Assembly (NCBI GenBank): GCA_965203295.1
Contig: CBDBCZ010000017.1
Span: 1,408,001-1,472,000 of the forward strand
DNA from: Nitrospirales bacterium
GTDB taxonomy: Bacteria; Nitrospirota; Nitrospiria; Nitrospirales; UBA8639
DNA: 64,000 nt
Reading direction: 5' to 3'
Both the position numbers and the translations under genes were made by a program. The notes beneath the pieces were generated by a model. That model was given only the letters and a program-made list of their open reading frames with translations. It had not been told where the DNA came from and searched no databases. Shown here one piece after another: positions 27,651 to 39,407 of this stretch. Numbering within the stretch: position 1 is the stretch's first letter; each line of letters opens with the position of its first letter.

Positions 27651-29200
27651 TGGACCAATTCAATCATTTATTTCCTTTAGGGACAGAAGACTACATAGTG
27701 TATTGCAGGGCAGGCCAGCATAGAGGACACTTTTAGCTCCAAATGAAGTTTTCTCTATGTCCATTTAGATTAGAAGCATTACTGAATTTGGGTGGCTTGT
27801 ATCTTACCTAAAACGTGAATTCATTATAGAGCCCAGTGTTCTATATACTTGGTTGCCTTGCATGCTGGTAAGTGTAAAACACAGTGTGTGTAAATACAGT
27901 GCCATTTTATGTGGGAAATCAAGCAATGATTATAAATTAAATCAGCTTTCCATCATACAAACACCTAAAAACACTACCAGCTAATAAAAACAATACAACA
28001 TTGCAGGTACCTGTATAAATTTTATCATTAAAATGTCATTGCACAATGCGTACAGTGCCAGACCTAACTGCTTCAGTGCTTTCCAGTCAGCTGCAGCTGG
28101 TGACTCATAATTTGCACACAAGCACACAATGTCATAATCGGTTACAACACACTGTTAGTTAATAATAGCAGTTTACAGCACTCAGAGAATTTTTACACAG
28201 TTAGCAAGACTGTTAGCCAGACATACTTGCTAAGCATTTCTCAAAGCAGCCTCCTGCAGCAATGATGGGCATAGTGGCATTCGTAGCACACTCTGGCTCA
28301 TGGAAGGACTGGATGCGAAGTGGGCACTCAGTACTGGTCCTCAGACGAATCGTGGTAGAATAGCCGGTAGGGAATGTTCCTTCGGTTGCAATCCAATCTT
28401 CCACAAAAGCCAACAGTTCAGGCGCAGTGAAAGTGTTACTAGTTCCCCTGATCCTACTCCGGTAGACCACTTCATTGATGGTAGTCTGACAGCTGAACTC
28501 TCCGGTGTCAATTGAAGAAGATGAGAATCCACAATTGCATCGTTCTCGGATCGCATTAGTTAATGCATTCTTGATGTAGTCCGACATAGACCATGCTTTG
28601 TCTTCCTATAATAATATCGATAGGCATGCATATAGCTAAATTTATGCATAATAACATGTCTGTAACACACTAATATAGGTAGCTAAATGTACACCATGCA
28701 ATAAAGTCTCCTGATGATCCAAAGTATCCTGTAATTATGGAATACAGTAGTCATTGAGACAGTTTAACTAACCGTCCAGTGTATGCAATATTGAATAGGT
28801 CCCACTTTGAGCTGAAATAGCGAAGTGCCTGCAGATGGAATCATTATTGGAGCAGATCACACAATGAAATCCTTATCAACTACTCTTCTAGCTTTTCAAA
28901 AGAGCTATGGCCATGTATAAATTACGATAACAGTGTCTGACTGGTGTTGAACTATGTGCACTGCACAGATGGATTCTTTCAGTGTCAATTATCAACCTGT
29001 TTTCCATCAAATAATATACATGACAGATAGTGTTCCTTCTAGTGTGCTTGTATATGCACATAACTATACATTTATTCTTAGCATTGACATGATACAGTTG
29101 TTTAAGTACCAATTTGCCAACTCAGCTACCAAAGCACTATAGTAACGACTCGTACTAATATAACACCAGGTTGTCTATGGCATGTTTATACGTATTATTG

Positions 29201-29467
29201 TTAGTATATGTTACTATAGTAGCAAGTGTATGGAATAATTTTCATAGAGTATAGTAAGAATCCCTTAGAGCATGGGCAACTATGTTCTAACAAGGCCGAA
29301 GCGAAGCCGAGGTCTAGTTAGGACATAGCTGCCCATTCTCTGAGTTATTTTAGTATAATATGTTAACTGCAAGAATTTAATCTGGCAGCTTCCTATGCTC
29401 TATGGGATTCTTACTATACTCTATGAAAATTATTCCATACACTTGTTACTATAGTAACATATACTAA
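29201..29467. mobile_element. Foldback/palindromic element with ~73-bp arms and a nested inner hairpin
   Basis: 29201-29273 is the near-perfect reverse complement of 29395-29467. The inner stem 29272-29336 is centred on gcgaagc (29301-29307). Absent from the equivalent intron of paralog B. Confidence 0.85.
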
Positions 29468-32400
29468 GCTATACTAAGTATGTGGCTTTTGCTTTTAATA
29501 AATTGATTAGTTAGTAGTAGTTTCAGTATTAGGTAATAATTGAACCGGAAAACAAGAAACGATTGATGCTTTACAGTTTCACACGATGATTTCAGTGTAC
29601 TAGGATAATTATCTAGCAATAAAGACGAGAATCTCCAGTGATTAGTCTTCTTTACTTACTTGTAACTATCAAATCATACTCCTCTACCAGTGGCGGGGGA
29701 ATATTCAGTCCAGGAACATCCACAGAGGCCTCACATGTGTAAATACCTCCTTGAGATGATTTCAAGTCTTTGAATACAAGCACACTGGTTGTGGACACAG
29801 TGGTTGAATTCACTATAAAATCGGCGATGTCATCATCATAAACCGCAGCACCATTCGAGTCCAGCCAGGATACAAAAACGTTGTCTTGCGGCAGACCACC
29901 AACAGTTGTCACAACACATGTCAGGTTGAACTCTTGACCCTCAGTTTGTACCCCTTGTGCAGTCACTTCAACAGTACCCCAGACATCATGAACTAAGGAA
30001 TATAATAGGCAACACATAATGTACAATAGTGAAGGCGCTATAACTGCCTGAGCAGTGTGTAATTAAGATTTCATAAGAAACATTGTATTGTGTGATTCTG
30101 TACTAGCTTTGCTGCTAGAAGTAGCTACACAATTTGAAGCAGAGGTATAATATTCCAAGAGGCTATTTGATAAAAGCACCTCTTCATCTTTGTAATTCTC
30201 CACATCATCCAAATAAACAAACACTTTAACACCCAATACATAATTGAAAGTGAATATTTTCTGAAACATCGAGAGGATTATTATCCTACAATACAATACA
30301 GTGACATTGTAACTCACTTTGAGCTGAAATAGTGACAGCCTCTTCCTGTATACCATATGGACTGGTGGCACGACAAGTATAGTGTCGACCATGAGAACTT
30401 GCGGTAAGTGGTTGGAATACTAAATCAACTACTGAAGTACCAGTTGCAGATTGCACTATAGGAATCCTGTCATAGTCGAGCCAAACAATACTAGTGATGC
30501 CCAAATCACTTGTGCAAGTGATCTCTGCAGGTGTACCTACTGTGAAGGTATTTTCAAGTCCACTTAACTAAAGACCTAAATCAAAAAAGAAATTATTGAT
30601 TACATGTATATATATCTCAAGCAGATCTGCATTACAGATTAGTAAATAGGAGCTGTGCTTGCAAGCATGTTTGATGGTAGAAAACAAGTCAATGCATGAA
30701 TGGGGAAGGAGTGGAGGTGCCATTCATTAATCCCTATATGCTTAGCAGAGTGGTTCTCAAGTGTTTCGATGTGCTGGCATGACTTTGTTAGTCAAATAGT
30801 CAGAAGACCAGTACAGCACCTGCTATGCACACTTATAACTGACCTTGAATGGTAATGCTCCGATAATTTGTTCCAAACACATTACGAACAATGCATTTGT
30901 ATATGCCTGGCAGATTACTTGGGATATCGTTAATGAAAAGGAGATTTTGATATGTAGAAGAGGTGCGGGATGTCACCGTCTGCTGCTGTTTGTATACTCT
31001 TCCATCGATGGTGATATTGACTCCATCTTTCACCCATGTAACGAAGGTGGCTGCTGAGTAAGTTGACGTGCACTCCAGTGTGAAAGTTTGAGTTGAAGGA
31101 AGCTGACGTAAGTGTGTCACTCTAGGAGCCGCTGCAGAACAAAGTGAAGACAATAACAACGGCTAAGTGGGATTTATAGCTTAATCACATCTTCAGCTTC
31201 CTTTGCACTCATGGGCATATGCTCTACATATGGAAAGGACTATATATATATCTCATTACATACCCATACCACCCTCCGAGCACTACTGTTTGTATATGTG
31301 AAGTTTAGCTTGCACATGTATATAATTATACCATGGTGGTTTTCACACACTTGACCACTGGAGTGAGTAGTGCTACAGTTATGACTGAGTCCTATGTTTG
31401 TTTGCCACCCAGATAGGCTACAAATGGACTCAGTAGCTAATAAAATGAACACGCCTCATTGTCCAAATGCCAACTAAAAAACAATCCAACACACTGAACT
31501 TACTACTAAATCTGTAGTTATATATTCCAACATTCAACTTCAAAGAAGTGCCATTTACATCTGTCACATGTGCAGTGTGTACTCCTTCATAGGGATTACC
31601 ATCACGGGTGTACATTCTAGCCACACCAGCCCTGTAACTACCGTGGAAAGAGATATCACTGTAGCGCTGCGCCCTAGTATAGTAGCTACCATGCATGACG
31701 GTAGAGGAGTTTGTGATGCAAAGAATATCGATCTTATATGAGCCTGAATAGCTTGCCCTCACTGCACTGTTGTTAGGGATGGAACCAGAAGGATATCCAT
31801 TGGAGACATACATTCCAGCGCCTGAGAAAATGGAAATGATGCGAAGTATTCGTTTGTTAAAAAAAAATAGCTATTCAAACTACAGACCCTAAGTTAACTG
31901 TTACCGGTAGCAAATAGTACAAAAACCAACCAATATAAATGGTCATAATGTTACAGTACACAGTATTGGAATCCTTTAACTTTAAATAGGTTTCAGAGAC
32001 TTAATTAATTAATTAAGGTGCTAATGGGCCTTGACTTAGTCTTGTATGTAGTATAACAGTAGCTAACACAACTAACACTATGGATGAAATTGTAACAGCA
32101 TGACCATGGGCAAGTTATGAATCACACCTATGATATTCATCTCAGTAGTTGACGATCCAGAGTTTCCGTCTGCGTCAGATACAGTGCAGGTGTGATTACC
32201 GGCATCGTACCAATACAGGGTGCTAGTACTGACAGATGATGATGAGCTCGAGTATGCAAAACAACCACTGCTACTGCAAGGTGTTGTGCTGGACCATCTG
32301 TAACTGACTGGCTGAGTAGCACCAAGGACATTACAGGTAAGGGTTACAGAAGAACCAGGTCGATAGTTTGGTGGCCGGAAATGCATATCAGAGGTCGAAG

Positions 32401-33889
32401 TATGGGATATCACAATGGAGGTATTCAAGGCTGCAGAATGAAACAAATAGCATTAATAACCTACAAATTAACTGTCATAAGATGCTTACTGTTATTATAC
32501 CTACCAATTGTTATGTTTGCATCCATAATCTCTTGGTTGCTTGCAACAATATGTTCCGATGGCACATATGGACGGACTGTAACATTGCAGTAGTACAATC
32601 CAGAATCCATTGATCGTAAGGGGCTCAAAACTGCAGTTTTTTGATAATCCAGCCTGGAGGCAACCACGTCTGAGACAGTTGTTCGATTGTCCGTAAGTAG
32701 GACTCCACCTGGTCCACTGAGACTACCATCCACTTCTATTGCGATGTCAACTGCCTCGTGTATTTTGTTGGTGCAGTTCAGTGTAAGGACAGAGGATGTG
32801 TAGACTATGTTATCGAGTGGTGTTCGTGAAAATATATACCACTGCAGGATCAGGTACTAAAGAATGAAACAAAATATTCAGCTGAAATAACAACTATGGC
32901 TAGGATGCATAATGAAATTGTATGTGCATAGACTAGCTATAGCTATAGTATGTAGACCAGTGAGAATAAAACTTAACTTTTTATTGGCAGTATTGAGCAA
33001 TTTACAACTAGCCATATAGCTACAGTAAACTTACTCTGTACAGTAACATTGTGACTTGCTGTTTCCACCGAATCAGATCGTGTTACGTTGGAGCAGCATA
33101 CGTACACACCAGCGTGAGAGGTGTGTACAGGGACAAAGTATAAATCCAGGGTGGTCTTGTTGCCATGTACAGATGGTTCATTAGCATAAATAAAATCACT
33201 ATTTCTGACTGGAACTCCATTGGGACCCAGCCACTCAACAACGGAGGGGTCATCAGCTCTCACATTACAAGTTAACACCACAGGGTCTCCAGCCATCACT
33301 GGCATTGGCTGCTCAGTGATGGTAACAATATTCTCAAATTCTGCAGTATGAAAATGACAAAATTTGGACATTATGTTCATAACTCTGAAATTTAATCACT
33401 GCATACCTTTAACTCTCAGAGCAATAGTTTCATCGTACACACCATTTTCTGAAGTAATTTCACAAGTAAACATCGCTCCATTGAGACCAGCTGACTCCAG
33501 TTCAAGAGACAGAGCAACCTCTTGTGTGGTGGACGTTTCCAGCGCTACGTCCAAGCCACCAAGAAGCCACTGCAGCTGCAGGTGATCCTTCAGGTGTGTT
33601 GAGCATGTCAGGTAAGCCATTCGACCGACAATGAGAATATCTTCGTGCCCGTGCAGCTCAATCACTATAGTATCGTAAGCAATAAAACACATGTAATGAC
33701 TGGGTTTACCATGTATGAACATCGTAGTATATATTGTATAATGCGCCTTATTGGGCCTGATCCAGCTGAGCCAGCCCTTTGTTTTGTACTCTTTTGTTAG
33801 GTACTAGGGTTTTTGCTACTAGAGTGGTAGAGTTGAAGTAGGATGGCGGTTGCTACACACACACACACACACACATACTCACACACACA

Positions 33890-34274
33890 AAATGCAAATT
33901 CTATTGCTGCCGCAAGCAGTCACGCGCACCTGGCAAAGCAGTGCACTATGTAAGCACTATGCGCGAGTGCTGGCAAACTCCTGGAGCTGGGCTAGGAACT
34001 CACAGGAGGACTAACTACTTTTCTCAGCATCTGATGTGGGCACCCGAAGTCCCACCTGGGCCAAAGCTGATACATGAGAGCAGCCAGTTGAATTTGCACC
34101 CCAGCAAATGCTAGGTTCCCATTAGAGCTGAGTGGGCTGGTGTGTACTGGTGACATGAGATGGTAATTCACACCAAATAAATGATGGAAAGAATATTTAG
34201 TCACCAGTAGTCACTGTGGGATTCGAACCACCAACCCTTAGGTTGTGAGTCCAATGCTCTAACCACTGCACCAG
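33890..34274 (-). mobile_element. tRNA-derived SINE flanked on both sides by (CA)n
   Basis: Minus strand has tggtgcagtggttagagca (A box) and ggttcgaatccc (B box), then a ~300-bp body. CA tracts lie at 33856-33889 and 34275-34297. Confidence 0.7.
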
Positions 34275-34993
34275 ACACACACACACACATACACACAGTG
34301 ACATTAGTGGGCTACAATGTCTTTTGAACATGGCATAATGTATACACAATAGCTAGAGATAGCTAGTAGTGATAGCTAGTGGTGCCACATGTAGTAGTGA
34401 TAGCCAGCGAGTTTTAACATGGCACGTCCATAACAATAGAAGACAATTTTGCAAAACTTCAAAGAGAAAATGTGGTAAAATGGACATCTCCAGCCTTTAG
34501 ACCCAAACGTGATTGAAAAATAAACATACGACAAAAGTTATGCCAGTATATAAACATTGCAAATGGTACAATGGCATATAAATATTACAATTGTCATGCA
34601 TCTAACCTTTTCCAGTGATTGTTGCTTCAGATGAGTTTCCAAATATGTTGTTAACAGCGCACGAGTACTCTCCAGGTAGTTTATCGATTGAATCTTCTAC
34701 TTCAAGATAATTTTTGTATGTAGACCTGCTTCTGTCGATGACGATCTGTGTGAGTTTATGAGCTGTTCCGGTCATGTTCATTGGGACACTGTCTTTGGTC
34801 CACAGTACATTGGTTGGTGGAGAATTGGTAGTCTTACACACAAGTGTAAAAGTATCATTGAGGTATTGCTCAATACTCACTACTCTGGCAACTGACCATG
34901 GCACGTCTGAAAATGAAAAAAAATAACATTTATAAAATTCTAACTGACTAAGTATATTGTGGCACACCCCCTCCATATTACTAATCTTAGCAC

Positions 34994-35259
34994 AGACTGT
35001 ATCACATATGGACAGGATCAGGTGTGCATTCATTCCATGTGCTATAGACTGTATCACATATGGCCAGGATCAGGTGTGCATTCATTCCATGTGCTATAGA
35101 CTGTATCACATATGGACAGGATCAGGGGTGCATTCATTCCATATTCTATAGACTGTATCACATATGGATAGGATCAGGGGTGCATTCATTCTATGTGCTA
35201 TATAGAGTGTATCAGGGGTGCATTCATTCTATGTGCTATATAGAGTGTATCACATATGG
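34994..35259. repeat. 52-bp minisatellite (~5 copies, last ones degenerate)
   Basis: agactgtatcacatatgg... occurs at 34994, 35046, 35098 and 35150. Confidence 0.92.
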
Positions 35260-35744
35260 CTGGAAAACAGCTATTGGTTATAATGACAAAAAAAAATCTC
35301 CATTCCAAGCTGCACAAGACGCATGTGATACAGTTAGATCAGGAGTACATGTAGCTATAGATGTCACAGGCTGAAGTTAGCTACGTAACACTCAGTGCAG
35401 CCAAAAGGACACAAGAGCACTCAAGATACATTATTTGATTAACAAAAAATGCAGAAAGTCACTTAAGTAATAAATAAAGTGCAACTAGTACAAAACATAG
35501 TCGAAATGAGAGCCGCTGCAAGCACAATTGGCTTAAGGGGATAATTGTATTATAGCTATAAGAAACGACAGTAAAATCTCTACCAAAATGGATACAGTTA
35601 AGTGTTTCTATATTGACTAGAAAGTAAATTTGTAGCTACTGTACCTCACCATGACACAGCTATTGTTCACAATGACAAAAGCCCATATCACAATCTGCGC
35701 AAGAATGGCGCAGCATCCCTTATATGACAGGTGTCACTACATTT

Positions 35745-35860
35745 TTCAATACTACAAGTACTTGCGCTCGCTTCGCTCGCGCAACTACTTGTGCTTTTTG
35801 AACTCGCTCGCTCTGTCTACGGATAGAAATGAGAAGTGCTACCTCCATGTGATGTGATTA
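35745..35860. repeat. Hairpin-containing dispersed repeat (second copy ~45590-45700)
   Basis: acaagtacttgcgc-tcgcttcgctc-gcgcaactacttgt followed by ttgaactcgctcgct; homologous to 45593-45665. Confidence 0.7.
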
Positions 35861-38800
35861 TGAAACATTTAGCATTTGCTAATTACAGTAGTGCCACTGA
35901 CTTAGCCACGAGGAGGCTCTACATTCAGGCCTCAACTTTTGTGCTGAAAATTGACCACCAGTGGGGAAAAGTGCATAGCATGTGTGCACACCATGTTCTT
36001 TCAACAGCCAAAGCACTTTGTTGAGCATCTATCATGTGACAGTAGACTATAGTGTAGCTGACATGTTCCTGACTGATGATATACGTATACTTCCTATGCC
36101 TGAGCCAGGTGCAGTGCTAAACTCTAGGTAGAGACTGCAAAGAACTACAAAACAAAACAGGTAAGCTAGGACCGAAGCCTAGCTCATAGCCTACGTACAT
36201 GTACTGGCATGCAGGCGAATGGCATTGACTCCATTTAATGCACATCGTCGTTGTTTGTCTAGCGTACTAAGCAGATTACTACAGCTGTGCATGCTTACAT
36301 GACTATCTAGCCACTAACCTTTGTGATAGAGTGTGCTCGAAGTGCTCATTTGAGGCCGTCGGTTGTCAGAGCGTGATCTCAACACATGCATGCAGCGGTC
36401 GAAGTGCGCGTGTATTGTGTGATGACGCCACGACCTTCTCGCGTATTCTCGCCCAATCGAGGTTCATTAGTTGACGTCACATCCGTTACGCACGCACACA
36501 CAGAACTAATGTTAAAGTATTGATAAGTTGCCTAAGTAGAAACGTGCATTGTTACAAACCTAGAGTCTATAAAAACTGTAGTAATAATTACTATTTTGTA
36601 GCTACTATAGCCAGAGGCCAAAAAAGCAGAGAAAAACATCATATGACAATGCGTCACTGCCAACAGTAAAACTACAATGAATCCATTGTACTATTAGAAT
36701 AACTGTTAAGTGAGAAGAACAGCTGTCGCTGCAAGCTATCAAAAAATCTAACAGCTTGACCTGTGAGTTTCTTAATTCTGAGGTGTACATGTTTACTCAG
36801 TACCTGAAGTACTAGCTAGATACTGAGAGTGACTACTTATTGTCATGGAGACAATGGGATGTTCCCAATATTTAATTTCTAGCCTGCCTGTATGTATGTA
36901 GCTATGTAGCTAGATAGACAGTTGTACAAATGTGTTGAGAGTATATTATACTTCACTGTATTGACACCACAGTGTGGCACAGCAATTTCAGTCTGGCCTG
37001 TATCAATAAATAAGAGTTTCGTAATGGCACTATACATGTATACATGTAAAATTTCTCGGAACCCCTACATTAATAGCAGCATAACTATTCGTAGACCTTT
37101 CTAACCACCAACCTTCTGTATTTGAATATTAATAGAGAAATTAGGACTTCATTTTTCAGTGGATAACCACTATTAGTACCACTCTTTATGCTGACTGTGA
37201 CTACGCCATCTTAATATAGACACTCATGGGATATTGATTAACAGAATGTGTACTCACGATAGAATGCAGTCCTGAACACTCCGATGTTCAACTCAGTTGG
37301 CCCAGCTTCTCCATTTGCACGACAGGTGTACACTCCCTGATCACTCTCAGACAAAGAACCGCTAGTTGTAATTCTCATCACGGTTGAGTGATTACTCATT
37401 ATTGTGTTAACGTCAAAGGGACTGGAAGCGTAGTGTACTTTTGTCCCATCCAAACCAATAAACTGTGTTGTGTGGCATTCAGCACTAAACCAGCACGAAA
37501 TGTTAAGCTGATCATAGTCAGATATGGCAATGATTCCATTGTTAGGAAGTGAAGTTACAGAATTGTCATCAAAAATGCCCGCACCTATAATATGGGAAAT
37601 TTGCAGCAAGAAAATGATTTGTGTGAATCACAATAATAAGCTATATCATGACCTGAACTCCACATGCTAGCAAATGGGAACAAGGAAAATGTGCGCTTGA
37701 TAGATTCATTCAATCTATTATTTTTACAAAGGTGTATTCTCAGTGCAACACTTACCTACGATAGTCATATCAAGGCTGGCTGATGCATTTCGAATACAGT
37801 CGACTCCAACAAAGTCTCTTGCAGTGCAAGTATGAATACCACTGTCAGAAGGTTGCAGGATCCGAGTTGTCACTGACTGCGTTGTCTGTCCTTTCACAAA
37901 ACAGTTTCCCGAGCAATCAGACGACCAGTTGTAGGAGACCTGTCCAGCCGATCCAGTCACAACACACGTGAGAGCGATAGAGCTAGCAACACGAAAGTAC
38001 GGTGGGCTCAGGGTGAAGTCTGAAGGTCGTAGGTAGGTGTACTGTATTTCAACTCTCAGTCTCGGTTCTTCAGTGGTTTCTGCTAGGAAACATAATATCT
38101 TTATTAACATGAGCCCCACTATAGAGAGCTACTATAATGTAACTGTGATTAAACATTCACAGACTTGAATTTACCTGCTGCTTTCACTCCACTACTTCCA
38201 AGCTGCAGTGCAACTATCAGCACACCTAGAATTGCACACAACTTAAACATTGCTGGATTGCTAAGTTAAACACAGTACATGCAGTATAGAGTGACTGCAA
38301 CCAGCAATGCACATCAAGTGCTGTCAGAGCTATCCAGTCTCTACACCTAAGTCCAACTTTAAAAGGATATAGCACTTCCTAAATTACGATGAGAAGATAA
38401 CTTCAAAGTCTTTATGTTGCCATCATCAGGTGTGAATATCATGACATGTGAACAGATGACAAAGAGCTGAATGAGTATCAAAAACACATTACATATGCTC
38501 TTGGAGTGTAAATACACGTCACATCTGTACACGTAGTATAGTAGCGTGGGCTGCGTAATGTACGTACTGCCCAATATAAATATTTGCAGAGTGTAAACAC
38601 ATACAACTATATAAGAAGCTAAGGCTGAGACTGGTCTGGTATCCACGTGTAACCATAGCCCCTTGTCCCCACGCTCCAATACACATGCAGCATCTATAGT
38701 GTAAAGCTCCACGGTTTGTCATACAAAATATGTGCAAACAATTAAGTCGTCTAACAAGCAGAAATTATATACTCCCCCCCCCCAGGGAAAGGCACCGCAC

Positions 38801-39407
38801 AGTTGACTATGTAGGGGAAAGGGGTAACACATGTATTCTTCAAATACTATCTTCAGAAGAGTAGAGCAATACATCAGATATAGTGTGGCGGGCTTAGTAA
38901 CCAAAATGAGATTTGAAAACTGTATAAAATCAGTGAAGCGAAGGATTGAAAAACATATAATCATAGGAAATATTTATTCAGTTGACGTCACTGAACATAA
39001 TATTTTTGGAGGCACCATTGCAAAATTTCTGTGATATACAACCAATTGCCCAACCAACCCAGAAGTATATACAACTTGCTAGGGTCCAGTACTAGCCACA
39101 CACCATGTTTACTTTGCATGCAGCTACAGCTTTGTAACAACTTTAATTTGATAATGAAGATAACAGAGCAACACTTTTTGATTGACTCTGTGATGAAAGA
39201 GCTGTGCTTAAAGAAAAAAAGATTATTTTACACAATAATACAGCCCATGAAAATGCAGTAATCACACTACGTACCATTGTATTACCTCATGTCAGCAGCA
39301 TACTAAAAAGCACTCAAAATATACTACACATGCATGCAATGAACAACTTAGCTAACACTATTACTAATCGTCTGTAGCAAAAATGCTTCAAGAGTATCAC
39401 ACACTTG

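Larger units (their letters stand above)
28213..38250 (-). pseudogene. Paralog C: signal peptide + 11 Ig-like exons + C-terminal domain; 4-nt insertion in Ig6 and TAG nonsense in Ig10
   Basis: Exons: 38250-38175, 38082-37756, 37584-37258, 34906-34607, 33664-33407, 33340-33035, 32856-32505 (352 nt; extra TATA at ~32833-32837, TAA at 32810-32812), 32430-32128, 31821-31504, 31131-30844, 30575-30318 (TAG at 30568-30570 where B has CAA), 29992-29660, 28828-28773, 28605-28213. Confidence 0.7.

Noticed and set aside
30568..30570. New TAG acting as a rescuing splice acceptor in paralog C
   Set aside because: Splicing there starts the exon in phase 0 after a phase-1 donor, so it still frameshifts.
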